From assembly GCA_030429345.1 (NCBI GenBank), contig JAUIFJ010000015.1, positions 28,931 to 92,930 on the forward strand: a DNA stretch of 64,000 nt, written 5' to 3'. The stretch comes from a bacterium (GTDB lineage Bacteria > CAIWAD01). Below the pieces are notes generated by a model. That model saw only the letters and a program-made list of their open reading frames with translations. It made no database searches and was not told the DNA's origin. This document shows, piece by piece, positions 1-9,877 of this stretch. Every line of letters starts with the position of its first letter. The stretch's first letter is position 1. A program made the translations under genes and the position numbers.

Positions 1-705
1 AAAATGTTGACACGCCAGGGGTTTCCCTCTGGATCACAGGCCCATCCGGGATAGGTCCCGTACCAGTCACAACGGCGATTATCGGGGACGATGTTGCAGA
101 CGACACTATCCTGCTGGACGCGGAAGTAGTCAGCCAGGGAGCCGGATTGCAGCAGAAGTCCAGGTGAGTGCGAATCCAGGAATTCTGCAAAAAAGTGATC
201 GTATATCTGATCCAAGGTCAAATCTGTATCGTCCCAAAGGAAAAAGTCCTCATCCTCCCAAAGAAGGGAATCAACCGATTCCGCGTAGAGTCGAATCGGA
301 ACGACGGCGAGTTCTATGTTTGCGCCAAGCGGTAGAACAGGATCTGATTGATAGTCCATCTCGGAGCGAGAGCTCCGCCATTCTGCAAGAAGGCCAATCC
401 GATTTGGCACAGTATCACTAGGAAAAACCTCTTCTGAACCGTTCAAATTACCATCACTTGCATCAGCGGCGAAATAGAATGGCTCGTCACTGGCCAACGG
501 CATCAATCCCGAATGCCCCCCTTGCCAATCTCTAAACTCTCCCGATTGGTGACCAACCAAAGGACTGCCATCGGCAGAGCAATAGGCTGTGCCATTGTTG
601 CTGTGATATAAATATAGAGCGGCAGTATCGATCTCCGCGTGTAGGCCAAAAGCTGCCATGGACACTGCGGGAACTGCCAAAGACAAGATGATCGAGAACA
701 GGTTC
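1..705 (-). CDS. Hypothetical secreted protein, 5' end present (ATG at 703-705), 3' end runs off the window edge
   Basis: Manual minus-strand translation from the ATG at 705 gives MNLFSIILSLAVPAVSMAAFG..., a signal peptide, and stays open to position 1. The ORF track omits it because it has no stop in the window. The region is about 50% GC, low for this window. Confidence 0.4.
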
Positions 706-845
706 ATTGATAGAGGCTCCAACTTTTCGAACTCCTCTTCAAGAACCATACCAGATTTTGTCAAGGCTAAGTTCTTATTTATGCATTTCTCGAACTATAA
801 ATCCACGTTGGACTGTCACGGCTGTCAGCAAAACTGAAGCATGTG

Positions 846-2534
846 TCAAGGCAGGTAGAGCAATTTCGAATTGGCAACAGAGACACCATCCAAGTTCAAA
901 TCAATCAAGTACAAACCTCCGGCCAGGTCTTCCATATTTATGAGGGTGCTGAATTCCCCTGCTGAAACTGAATCAAACGACTCCCTGAGGGCCAATTGAC
1001 CTTGGAGGTTGTAGAGCTTAAAGCTGACAACCGCGGTTTTTGCCAGTGTAAAGACCAATCGCACACTTCCGTTTGCTGGATTCGGGTATAAAGAGAAAAC
1101 CGATTTCTTCTCATGCGAATTACTATTCACAGTTAGGGCAGGCGGAGAATATCTGTTCGCAAATAATCCAATTTCTACGCCGCCCATGTGCTCTTCATGA
1201 ATCGAAACGAAGCCCCCATCCAGGAAGTATGGGCGTTGCCTGCCACCGTATCGAGTGCCTGGCATTGCTATGTATTCTTCATAGACCCAATCACCACCAG
1301 AAATCGAAAATCGCGCCAAGGCCGACCTAAAAATCGCATCTCCGGCATGCCTGGTGTACATCCATCCGGATTGCAGAGGAAACAGCGGTGCAAAGCATAA
1401 TTCTGCGTAGAGTGAATTCTGAACTACAAGACCATCAAGAGTAGTACGAATTATCCGGTTATAGACGCCATTGCTGGATCTGCAATCCCCAAGGATAATA
1501 GCATGACTACCCTCGATAATCATCCCTGCGCCATGTAGATACTCATCTCCATCGTAAAGCAATACAGAGTCCCACACACCCGTCTCAAGATCAACCGTGA
1601 ACCATCTATAATGACTCCAGGTCGGATCGGCTTGTGATGTGGTCACGAAGTACATGGTATCGTCAACGATTCGAAGGAACTCATCGTGCCAGCTACTATT
1701 TCCATAGTACCGATCCAGGCCTGTATTCCAGACTACCACTCCACCAGCATCCAGTCTTGTAATCTGCGTATTCTGCCAAACAATCCATCCATCTTGATAG
1801 GCTATTGGAATGGCTGTCCCCGTGTACTGCGATCCAGAGAGCGTATCCTCGTGAACAATTTGCCGGAGTTCATCGTCCACAACGATATACCTTTGACCAA
1901 AGGCCGCGCTATCCGGGTTGCTATAGCGCGCAAATCCCGATGTAATAATCGTCCTGTCTCCATTGGAGGCCAGCTTCATGCTGAATTTTCCATAATCCAG
2001 CGAATCCCCCCAGGTCGTCACACGCAGCGAGTCCAGCAGCGTGATCTGTCCTCCCGCATAATCGAGGTTCCACCAGTTGATTGTCGCCTGGTAGCGGTAG
2101 TCGTAGGGCCAGCCGGAGAGGAACTTCTCCTGGTCGAAGGTCATCAGCTGGCCCTGGCTGTTCACGTGTGAGACACCAAAGGCGCCCGGGTGCTCGAGCC
2201 ACTGGTCGGGCAGGAGGATTTCCCCGTGGGGCGAGATCACCGTGGCCGCGCCATCGTTGTCCGCAGGATCGGCGACGAGGAAATTAGGGTGCCAGTATAC
2301 GAGCAGGTTGCTGTCCGGCAGGACGTGCTGCTCGACGAAGTCAGAGTGCGCCGTGTTGTTGTCCAGGCGAATGAACCAGTCGAAGCGGGTCGAATCCACG
2401 GGCCAGTCCAGCTGGGCGTGGGCTGGAAGCGACAAGAGCAGAATAAGCAGCAGGGAGGCAACACTGCATTCACGCAGGGCGGAGTGCCTTGAAAACAATG
2501 GCAAACGGCACAAGGATCTTGAGAATGGACGCAT
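846..2534 (-). CDS. Secreted protein of unknown function with T9SS (Por) C-terminal sorting domain
   Basis: The N-terminal hydrophobic stretch (LLLILLLSLPAHAQ) looks like a signal peptide. The C-terminus (...SVFSLYPNPANGSVRLVF...KLYNLQGQL...) matches the T9SS CTD consensus. GC is about 50%, low for this window. Confidence 0.65.
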   Translation of the reverse strand: MRPFSRSLCRLPLFSRHSALRECSVASLLLILLLSLPAHAQLDWPVDSTRFDWFIRLDNNTAHSDFVEQHVLPDSNLLVYWHPNFLVADPADNDGAATVISPHGEILLPDQWLEHPGAFGVSHVNSQGQLMTFDQEKFLSGWPYDYRYQATINWWNLDYAGGQITLLDSLRVTTWGDSLDYGKFSMKLASNGDRTIITSGFARYSNPDSAAFGQRYIVVDDELRQIVHEDTLSGSQYTGTAIPIAYQDGWIVWQNTQITRLDAGGVVVWNTGLDRYYGNSSWHDEFLRIVDDTMYFVTTSQADPTWSHYRWFTVDLETGVWDSVLLYDGDEYLHGAGMIIEGSHAIILGDCRSSNGVYNRIIRTTLDGLVVQNSLYAELCFAPLFPLQSGWMYTRHAGDAIFRSALARFSISGGDWVYEEYIAMPGTRYGGRQRPYFLDGGFVSIHEEHMGGVEIGLFANRYSPPALTVNSNSHEKKSVFSLYPNPANGSVRLVFTLAKTAVVSFKLYNLQGQLALRESFDSVSAGEFSTLINMEDLAGGLYLIDLNLDGVSVANSKLLYLP

Positions 2535-2715
2535 ACCTCAGTTTATGGAATAGGAGGGCTGAGATTCAAAGCCAAAAGCAGCGGACTTGACGAGGGGAGC
2601 GCAGACGTGCCAGCAGATCAGCCGCTAAATCGGCGCAGCTGGTTTCCATTCAATACTGCTGAACGACAATTTCAGCCTCTCACGAACGACCGATCTGCTG
2701 TCGTGTGGGCTGGAC

Positions 2716-2800
2716 AATAAATAACGCCGTTCAAAGCTATGCACTGTGAGTAGGAGCGTGCAGAATCAATTACCCGCCTTTCGTCCAGCCCTTTGGACAG
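2716..2800 (+). repeat. Intergenic repeat element copy A (family AACG-GTTCAAAGCCATGCACTGTGAGTAGGAGCGTGCA ... CTTTCGTCCA plus GTCC..GGAC hairpin)
   Basis: The core ...cgccgttcaaagctatgcactgtgagtaggagcgtgca...cctttcgtccagccctttggac was read directly; compare copies B-F. Confidence 0.6.
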
Positions 2801-2949
2801 CAATTATCTACCAGGTTCTACAATCTGGGAAGGCAAAACCCTGTGAATCCTTTCCAGCAGTAGGCAATTCGTTTTTTTCACGCCAAGATTTTAGTCAAAC
2901 TGCCAAGAATGGCTGACCGTCTTTTTGCCACTCTCCGTCTGAAGTACTG

Positions 2950-3038
2950 TACAATAAACAACGGCGTTTAAAGCCATGCACTGTGAGTAGGAGCGTGCAA
3001 ACCCGATTACCCGCCTTTCGTCCAGTTCGCAGGACATG
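2950..3038 (+). repeat. Intergenic repeat element copy B
   Basis: ...cggcgtttaaagccatgcactgtgagtaggagcgtgca...cctttcgtccagttcgcaggac. It sits 150 bp from copy A in the same orientation. Confidence 0.6.
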
Positions 3039-3160
3039 CGCAGGTGCGGATCTGGCCGAAAACTGCCGAATGCATCCAGGCATCGCGCAGATCATCCGGC
3101 AACAGGCGCTTGTCAATTGGACTTCCCCTCAGCGCAGCACATCGCCGTCTAGACCCTCTT

Positions 3161-5422
3161 CTAGGGCATCGCATCCCAGCTTAGCGTCAGCAGGACACTG
3201 CGCCCCGGCGAGGGAAGAATCTCCCCGCTGCCGTGCAGGGGCCGGCTGAGGTGCTCGCGGATCTCGCGATCCAGCAGGTTGCGCACAGCCAGCGCGAGCT
3301 GTACGCCTCCCGGGGCGTTCCAGTTCAGTCCACCGTCGAGTCGTGCAAATCCTGGCGTCGGGCTTTCGCCGAAGGCCTGGGATACGCGATCCTGGTTGCG
3401 CACGAAGCGTGCCGCCAGCCAGGTATCCAGCGCCAATCGCTGCCACAGCTTCTCGATCCGCAGCAGGCCCTCGAGAGGAGGAATTTCCGGCAAGGGTTCT
3501 TCGCGGTCGACATCCTCCGCATGGGTATACGCGGCCTGGGCGCTGAGCCGAAGGTCGGGCAGCGCAAGCCAGATCGCCTCCAGCTCGAATCCGGCGAAAC
3601 GGGCCTCCTCCAGGTTGACGAAACGGCGTACGCCGGGACTGCTGGGCATGACAGGGGCCAGGCTGGTGTCGATGCGGGAGCTGATGAAGTTCCCGACCCG
3701 TGACACATAGATCGTCGCCTCCAGCTCGGCGCTCCGCAGCCTGCGGCCCAGCCGGAGATCCAGCTGCGTATTCGCTTCGGATGCCAGGCCCGGCGTGCCC
3801 AGCAGGTCGTAGGCGTCGCTGCCCACCGGGAAGGAATTGATGTAGGTCTCGGTCAATCCGGGGCTGCGCCGCGCATGGGCCAGCCAGGCCCCGGCCTGCC
3901 AGCCGCCCGCCCACTCGCGTCCGAGACCCAGGCTCAGGCTGGGATCGGTCCAGGCGTGATCCAGTTCGCCCTGCCGCGAGGCGAAGCCGGCATCGGGACG
4001 ACGCGCTTCCGCGCGGCTGTGCTCCAGACGGGCCGAGAAGCGTCGTGTCCATTCGCCTTTTTGCAGGCTGCCCTCGGCGAAGAGGCCGGCCCGCGTGATC
4101 CGGCCACCGTTCCAGACGGTATCGTGCATCACCCTGCCCGCCATCGGCCCCATGAGGACTTCGCGCCGCCGGGTGCCTTCCGCCTCCTCACGGCGCAGGT
4201 CGGCGCCGGCGTGGAGCACCCAGTCCCTGCCCTGCCAGCCCGTTTCGCCGCGCAGGCTTCCGCTGCGAGTCAGGGCGTCCGTGCGCGCGTCCATCATCCG
4301 GCCGGCTGTCGGGCGCTCCAGGTTGTCCATCACGTGGCGCACTCGATTCCCGTGTGCGCTGATCGTCCACTGGCGCAGGTGGGCATGCTTCGCCGTGTGA
4401 CGCCATTCCAGGCGGAACAGGTTCGTGCGGTCCGAGCGCAGATCCATCGGCAGGGCCGGGAAGTCCGTCAGCCCTGCGACATTGCGTGATACATCCAGCC
4501 GGAACTCGTCCGCATCGCCCGCCAGCCCGCCCAGCGAGAGTCCGCCGCTGGAGCGATCGAAGCGGGACGCCACGTCCATGCCCATTCCGTCCTCGTAGTC
4601 GCTGCCCTTCGACCAGGAGCCGTGCAGCGCCAGGTCCGTCTTGCCGAGTACCTGGCCGACAACCGCTTCCGCCCGTCCCACGGAGCCGTTGCTTTCCCCG
4701 CCCAGGCTGAACCGCCCATAGGGCCGGTCGCCCGCGCTCCACTGGGAAGGTTCGCTGCGCGCCAGCACCGTGCCCCCCAGGGTCGAGCCATAGCGGAAAC
4801 TGTGCGGTCCCTTCAGTACCTGCAGTTGATCGAGCCGGTTCGGCGCCAGCTGGCTGGAAGGAGGATCCATGCGGTTGGGGCAGGCCGCCGCCGCGCAGGC
4901 GCCCCCGTCGAGCACGATGTTCAGCTGATCGCGCCGGAAACCGCGCAGCACTGGATCCACGCCATGGCTCCCGCTCTTGCGCACGCCGCCGAAGAGGGGG
5001 GAGGCGACCAGCCGTTCTCCCCCGTCGTGTGACAGGCGATCCGCATCCTCCAGGCGCAGGCTCTCTCGTGTGCCGCCGGCCTTTCGCAGGCCGAAGACGG
5101 TGACGGGCTGCATTTGCAGCTGGGCAAGGGAGCGCCGCAGCGTGCCGCTTTCCAGGCTGGCGGCCAGCGGGACCCCGCTCAGCTGCCACTGGCCGTAGGA
5201 CAGGTGGGAGAAACTCAGCGTATCCGCCCCGAAGGGTACCTGCAGCATGCCCCTGCGATCGCTCAACAGCTCCAGGCTACCGACGCGGCAATGGGCTCCG
5301 GCAATCGGCCGCCCGCTCGCCTCATCGAGCAATTGCAGGGTTGTGGGTGCAGTCGATTCTGCGGCCATTGCGCAATCGGGAAGCATGGCCAGCAGAGTGG
5401 AAAGGACGATGATAAACATCAC
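3161..5422 (-). CDS. TonB-dependent outer-membrane receptor
   Basis: It has a signal peptide and an N-terminal plug-type region (…VTVFGLRK…, GGACAAAACPNRMD, …LQVLKGPHSFRYGSTLGGTV…). It is long and glycine/aromatic-rich, consistent with a beta-barrel. Its C-terminal end is not the canonical aromatic residue. Confidence 0.75.
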   Translation of the reverse strand: MMFIIVLSTLLAMLPDCAMAAESTAPTTLQLLDEASGRPIAGAHCRVGSLELLSDRRGMLQVPFGADTLSFSHLSYGQWQLSGVPLAASLESGTLRRSLAQLQMQPVTVFGLRKAGGTRESLRLEDADRLSHDGGERLVASPLFGGVRKSGSHGVDPVLRGFRRDQLNIVLDGGACAAAACPNRMDPPSSQLAPNRLDQLQVLKGPHSFRYGSTLGGTVLARSEPSQWSAGDRPYGRFSLGGESNGSVGRAEAVVGQVLGKTDLALHGSWSKGSDYEDGMGMDVASRFDRSSGGLSLGGLAGDADEFRLDVSRNVAGLTDFPALPMDLRSDRTNLFRLEWRHTAKHAHLRQWTISAHGNRVRHVMDNLERPTAGRMMDARTDALTRSGSLRGETGWQGRDWVLHAGADLRREEAEGTRRREVLMGPMAGRVMHDTVWNGGRITRAGLFAEGSLQKGEWTRRFSARLEHSRAEARRPDAGFASRQGELDHAWTDPSLSLGLGREWAGGWQAGAWLAHARRSPGLTETYINSFPVGSDAYDLLGTPGLASEANTQLDLRLGRRLRSAELEATIYVSRVGNFISSRIDTSLAPVMPSSPGVRRFVNLEEARFAGFELEAIWLALPDLRLSAQAAYTHAEDVDREEPLPEIPPLEGLLRIEKLWQRLALDTWLAARFVRNQDRVSQAFGESPTPGFARLDGGLNWNAPGGVQLALAVRNLLDREIREHLSRPLHGSGEILPSPGRSVLLTLSWDAMP

Positions 5423-5511
5423 GGAAAGCTCCAGAAGCGGAAAGGCTCGGCATTAGCATTCGCAAGATAAGGCGATCGACTAATCCGAACAATGTTCCGT
5501 GCCCGTCGCAG

Positions 5512-5560
5512 GTAAAAATGTGAAACGCCGTCCACCCCTTGCGGAATGGACGGCGTTTCT
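5512..5560 (-). terminator. Rho-independent terminator downstream of the lipoprotein gene
   Basis: A 12-bp perfect stem, aaacgccgtcca / tggacggcgttt, is followed on the minus strand by ttttta. The stem resembles the GTCC..GGAC module of the repeat family. Confidence 0.6.
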
Positions 5561-5579
5561 GGGAATATAGAGGAAAAGA

Positions 5580-6932
5580 CTAGTCGTTCCAGCGCACCCA
5601 GGCAGCCTGGGTCCAATCGTTGCTGGGGTCGATGGCGCCAATGAAGTCCACGCTGGTGAACCAGCTGCCGGAGGGGCTTACACCACTACCGTCTGCGGTT
5701 CCCCAGGGGGTGAAGTCCATGCCGGCGGCATCGTTGAAGAAGTCCATGGGGTAGACCATGTTGTTGGTGGCGGCATCACAGAAGCGCATGGAATCCGCTT
5801 CGCTGTTGAAGCCGCCGAAGTCGCCCGCTCCGTCCTGGTCATTGTTGTAGATCAGGGTGTTCGTGATCGTCAGCAGGTCGTTGTCGTAATTGTCGCTAGT
5901 GGCGTCGCCGTCACCGCTCTCGAGCTTCCAGTTGATGCCGGCGTAATTGGCGATCAGGAAATTGCTCAGTTCGCCTTCGAAGTCCTCGCGCAGGCGCATG
6001 CCGTAGTTCTTGTCCTCGGCGTCCTTGCCGGCGCCGAAGCCGTAAAGGGTCACATTGCTGAGGATGGGGCGCGTCGCGTCGCCGCTGCCCAGGGTCTTGC
6101 GGCCGTCGGACTCGAAGCCGTTGTCGGCGCCGGGGGCCTGCATGGCGAACCAGAACTGGCCGTTGCCGCGCCAGCCTTCGTCCATGTCGAAACTGTCGTC
6201 GTCGTTGTACATGCTGACCAGGTACTTGGCGCTGACATTGCCGCCGAACCATTCGAAACCGTCGTCGGTGCACTTGTAGACCTGGACGTGATCCAGCGTC
6301 GTGCCGCTGCCGCAGCTGTAGAGGCTCAGGCCGTTGAGCTCGCTGCCGGCGGCGATGCCGAAGCCGCAGTACTCGATGCGCACGTAGCTCAGGCTGCCGC
6401 TGTCGTCACTGGAATTGCTGCCGCCGTAGGCGATGCTCTCGCTCAGGCCTTCCACGTCGCCCTCGCCGCCGCTGATGTTGTTGGGGGCCTCGCCGATCAG
6501 CACGATGCCGCCCCAGTCGCCGGCCGATTTGGTGCCGCGGCCGCTGGTGAAGACCACCGGCTGGTCGGCCGTGCCGTTGCAGTGCAGCTGGGCGCTCGGA
6601 CGGGCCGTGTCGAAATTGGTGGCGTCGGCGCGCAGGGTGATGATGGCGCCCACGTCGTCCGGATTATCGTTGTGATACGCGAAGCTGACGGTGACGCCGG
6701 CCTCGATGGTCAGGTTCACGCCGGGCAGCACGTAGTACTTGCCGGAGAGGCTCATGTCGCTGCTCCAGGTGGTGTTCTCGGTGATCAGCGTACCCGGCAG
6801 GTCGGTGTAGACCTGGGGAATGGTCTGGTTGTTGCCGCCGTTGTCGTCATCGTCATCGTCGTCGCAGGCGGTCATGCTGAGCATGGTGGACGCGGCGACA
6901 AGGGCCAGAATCCAGTGCTTCTTGAGGGACAT
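5580..6932 (-). CDS. Surface lipoprotein of unknown function (acidic, Asp/Gly/Asn-rich, probably beta-rich)
   Basis: Start is the ATG at 6932, preceded by AGGAG. The lipobox LSMTAC is followed by DDDDDDD, resembling the acidic lipoprotein export signal of Bacteroidota. It is not SusD-like (not all-alpha/TPR). It sits 69 bp downstream of the SusC-like receptor. Confidence 0.6.
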   Translation of the reverse strand: MSLKKHWILALVAASTMLSMTACDDDDDDDNGGNNQTIPQVYTDLPGTLITENTTWSSDMSLSGKYYVLPGVNLTIEAGVTVSFAYHNDNPDDVGAIITLRADATNFDTARPSAQLHCNGTADQPVVFTSGRGTKSAGDWGGIVLIGEAPNNISGGEGDVEGLSESIAYGGSNSSDDSGSLSYVRIEYCGFGIAAGSELNGLSLYSCGSGTTLDHVQVYKCTDDGFEWFGGNVSAKYLVSMYNDDDSFDMDEGWRGNGQFWFAMQAPGADNGFESDGRKTLGSGDATRPILSNVTLYGFGAGKDAEDKNYGMRLREDFEGELSNFLIANYAGINWKLESGDGDATSDNYDNDLLTITNTLIYNNDQDGAGDFGGFNSEADSMRFCDAATNNMVYPMDFFNDAAGMDFTPWGTADGSGVSPSGSWFTSVDFIGAIDPSNDWTQAAWVRWND

Positions 6933-7001
6933 CTTCACTCCTGTGTATTGCTTTGTGTCTCTGTCATGAACACGTTGGTTGCGACGGATGTGTGACACCT
7001 G

Positions 7002-9674
7002 CTAGAGCTCGTAGCTGAAGCCCAGCGAAACGGTGCGGCCGGGGCTGTAGGTGTCGGTGACAATGCCGGACTGCACGAACTCCACGTCGTCGTCCAGCAG
7101 GTTGGACAGGCTCAGCTTCGTGGTCCAGGCGCCCCACTCGCGGCTGGCCACCAGGTCCAGCTTGTGGAAGGGCTGCTCGTACTCGTCGTCGCCCTGGTTG
7201 AGGCTGCCGACGCTGCTGATGCGCTTGCCGAAGGTATTGTAGGCCAGGTTGAGCGTGCTGTTCAGCTCTTCGATCTTCCAGTAGTAGTTCAGGTTCAGCG
7301 AGTAGGGCGACTGGCCGTAGAGGGCGCGATCGCGGTTGGCCTGGTTGTGTACGTCGTCGGCATAGTTCACTTCGCTGTGGATCAGCGTCAGGTTGCCCGA
7401 CAGCTGCATCTGGCGGTTGAGGTTCTTGCGCAGCTCGAACTCCAGGCCGAAAAGGTCGGCCGAGTCCACATTGTCGTACACTACCTCCGGCTGCTGGCTG
7501 TTGCGATGGCGCAGCTCGATGGGCTTGTCGAAGTGCTTGTAGAAGGCGCCGACGGCCGCCAGCTCACCAATGCCGAAGTAGTACTCGTAGCGCAGGTCCG
7601 TGTTCGTGATGCGCGTGCGCTCGATCTCGCTGTTGCCGTAGGTCGTGCGGCCGCCGATGAAGTCGGTGAAGTAGAAGTCGGCCAGCTCGCGGAACTCGGG
7701 ACGGGCCAGGGTCATGGAGGCGGCGCCGCGCAGGGCGGTATCGTTGGTGATGCGCCAGGTCGTGTTGAGGGCCGGCAGCACATCCGTGTAGTTGGTCAGC
7801 TCCTCGTCGTTCAGGTCCTGGGCATCCTGCTCCAGGCGCACGCCCAGGTTGACTTCCAGGGTCGGTGTGACATTGATCTCGCCGCTGACGTAGGCCGCGA
7901 AGCGGTTCTGCACGGCCTCGTAGGAGTCGCTGCCGCGGGTGCTTTCGAAGAAGCGCAGCTGGCCGGCGGCGACCACGTCCGGGCCGAGGGCGCTTTCGGC
8001 GTCCGTGCCGCGCAGCTCGGTCGGGTAGGGGCTGCTCGTGCCCGAGTTGTCGTAGGTGAACTGGCGTGCGTCGAAGGTCCGGTCGCGGTTCATGTACTGC
8101 AGTCCGGTCTTCAGGCCCAGCTTCTGAAGCGGACGGAATTCGAGGCCCAGTTCCGAGTCGAGAATCCGGTCGTCCTGTTCGCTGAAGAAGTGGTAGTTGC
8201 CGCGCTGGGTCAGCACGATCTCGAAACGCCGTGTGACATCATTGAAGGCGTAGTGCGTGTTGCGCGTGTCCGGTTCCTCGCGGCGCGTGCTGCTCAGGCC
8301 CAGGCGCGCCTTGACGCGGCCTTCGGGCAGCATGGGCAGATCCTGCTTCAGCTCGAGGCTGTTGCTGAGCATGCTGCGGCGCTCGAACTTGAGAATGTCC
8401 TGGCGGTAGTCGCCGTCGCTGTTGTAGTACGAACCCGAGACGCGGGTCGCCTTGTCCTCGGCCTGGTTCACGTAGAGGTTGCGCAGGCCGACGGTCGTCC
8501 GCGGGCTGAGCTTGAAGAAGACGTTGACCATGGCGCTCAGGCCGCTCTTCTGGCTGCCGGAAATGCGCTCGTAGTCGGAAGCCAGCGCGCCGGGCTGGTA
8601 GAGGTTGCGGTAGTCGCCGTTCCGGTTGTCTGTCTTGTGGCTCCAGGAAAAGGACGTCACCAGGCCCAGTTCGCGCTCGTTGAACAGCTCATACCTGTCC
8701 GCGTAGGACAGGCCCCAGCTCTGGTTGATCGGAGCGCTGTCCATGCCGGGCGTCCAGTTGTTCTGGAAAGCGGAGGCGGCCTGCATGCCTTCCTCGGAAC
8801 TCATGCGGCCGTCGCCGTTGGCGTCGTTGGTATTGCCCGGCAGCTCGCGGGTGCCGTCGTCGTAGCCCAGGAAGTCCGTGTCTCCGCCTTCGTAGCTCAG
8901 GAAGTCCTTCCCGGTGCTGGTGGTATTGAAGCTGGTGCTCATGCCCACCTTGAGGCTGCGCTGGTCCGGAAACTCGCGGGTCTTGATCTGCACGCTGCCG
9001 CCGCCGAACTCGCCGGGCTGGTCCGCCGTGTAGGTCTTCTGCACGGTGACATTGTCGACCAGGCTGGAACTGAGCAGGTCGGCCGGTACTTCGCGGCGGT
9101 CGGGGTTGGTGGAAGGCAGGGCCGATCCGTTGAGCTGCACGTTGCTGTAGCGATCCCCCATGCCGCGGACGAAAATGTCCTTGCCGTTCTGGATCGTCAC
9201 GCCGGTGACACGCTTCAGCGCGCTGGCCACGTTCCCGTCGCCGCTCTTGCTCATCTGCTCGGAGCTGATGGCGTCGTTGACCGTGTCCGCCTTCTTGCGG
9301 GCGGTCAGCAGGGCGTTTTCGTTGTTGGTCTTGATCCGGCCCTGAATGACCACTTCCTCGCCCTTGAGCACGAAGGGGACGCACTGCAGGTCAATCACCG
9401 TCTCTTCGTTGTCGATGACGACGACCTGCTTCTTCTCAAGCGCTTCGTAGGAAATGTGCGAGACCTGGATGTCCCAGCTGCCCTGGTCGACGACGATGCG
9501 GTAGCGGCCGTCCAGGTCGGTCGAAGCGCCGGCCCGGCTGCCGACGACGACCACATTGGCGCCCACGATGGGCTCGCCGTCCTTGCTGCTGGTAACGGTG
9601 CCAGTGAGAGTGCCTTTGGCCTGGGCCAGGCCCGCGGCGAAGAGCAACACGACCAGTAGAGATCGAATGCGCAT
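7002..9674 (-). CDS. TonB-dependent receptor, SusC/RagA-like, with N-terminal carboxypeptidase-regulatory-like domain
   Basis: Start is revised to the ATG at 9674 (MRIRSLLVVLLFAAGLAQA), preceded by GGAGGAA. GTLTGTVTSSKDGEPIVGANVVVVGS...DLDGRYRI matches CarbopepD_reg. The plug region reads DAISSEQMSKSG...VTGVTIQNGKDIFVRGMGDRY. The C-terminal end is LGFSYEL. Confidence 0.8.
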   Translation of the reverse strand: MRIRSLLVVLLFAAGLAQAKGTLTGTVTSSKDGEPIVGANVVVVGSRAGASTDLDGRYRIVVDQGSWDIQVSHISYEALEKKQVVVIDNEETVIDLQCVPFVLKGEEVVIQGRIKTNNENALLTARKKADTVNDAISSEQMSKSGDGNVASALKRVTGVTIQNGKDIFVRGMGDRYSNVQLNGSALPSTNPDRREVPADLLSSSLVDNVTVQKTYTADQPGEFGGGSVQIKTREFPDQRSLKVGMSTSFNTTSTGKDFLSYEGGDTDFLGYDDGTRELPGNTNDANGDGRMSSEEGMQAASAFQNNWTPGMDSAPINQSWGLSYADRYELFNERELGLVTSFSWSHKTDNRNGDYRNLYQPGALASDYERISGSQKSGLSAMVNVFFKLSPRTTVGLRNLYVNQAEDKATRVSGSYYNSDGDYRQDILKFERRSMLSNSLELKQDLPMLPEGRVKARLGLSSTRREEPDTRNTHYAFNDVTRRFEIVLTQRGNYHFFSEQDDRILDSELGLEFRPLQKLGLKTGLQYMNRDRTFDARQFTYDNSGTSSPYPTELRGTDAESALGPDVVAAGQLRFFESTRGSDSYEAVQNRFAAYVSGEINVTPTLEVNLGVRLEQDAQDLNDEELTNYTDVLPALNTTWRITNDTALRGAASMTLARPEFRELADFYFTDFIGGRTTYGNSEIERTRITNTDLRYEYYFGIGELAAVGAFYKHFDKPIELRHRNSQQPEVVYDNVDSADLFGLEFELRKNLNRQMQLSGNLTLIHSEVNYADDVHNQANRDRALYGQSPYSLNLNYYWKIEELNSTLNLAYNTFGKRISSVGSLNQGDDEYEQPFHKLDLVASREWGAWTTKLSLSNLLDDDVEFVQSGIVTDTYSPGRTVSLGFSYEL

Positions 9675-9877
9675 GGTTCCTCCATATTCCCGAAACAAAC
9701 ATCGCCGGCTATTCCCGTAACCGGCGATGTTCCCATTTGAATCGCGCTCAAAGTGAGAGCGGGCAATCAAGAGACTGTGAGCCGCGTGTTAGATCTCTGT
9801 CAAGGTGATTCCGGGCTTGCTTCGGAAATCGGAAAGAGAAGAAGAACCCCGGGCAGGACGCTCCGGGGTCGTGCATT

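Noticed and set aside
7164-9659. 831-aa plus-strand ORF
   Set aside because: It is antisense to the SusC-like TonB receptor, with a GC-driven open frame and no recognisable domains. Other antisense ORFs of this kind (for example 11551..13401 and 15501..16451) were rejected for the same reason.
9700-9735. Hairpin aacatcgccggctattcccgtaaccggcgatgtt just upstream of the SusC-like gene RBS
   Set aside because: It is probably a 5'-UTR secondary structure or attenuator for the receptor gene. There is too little evidence to call it a riboswitch or terminator.
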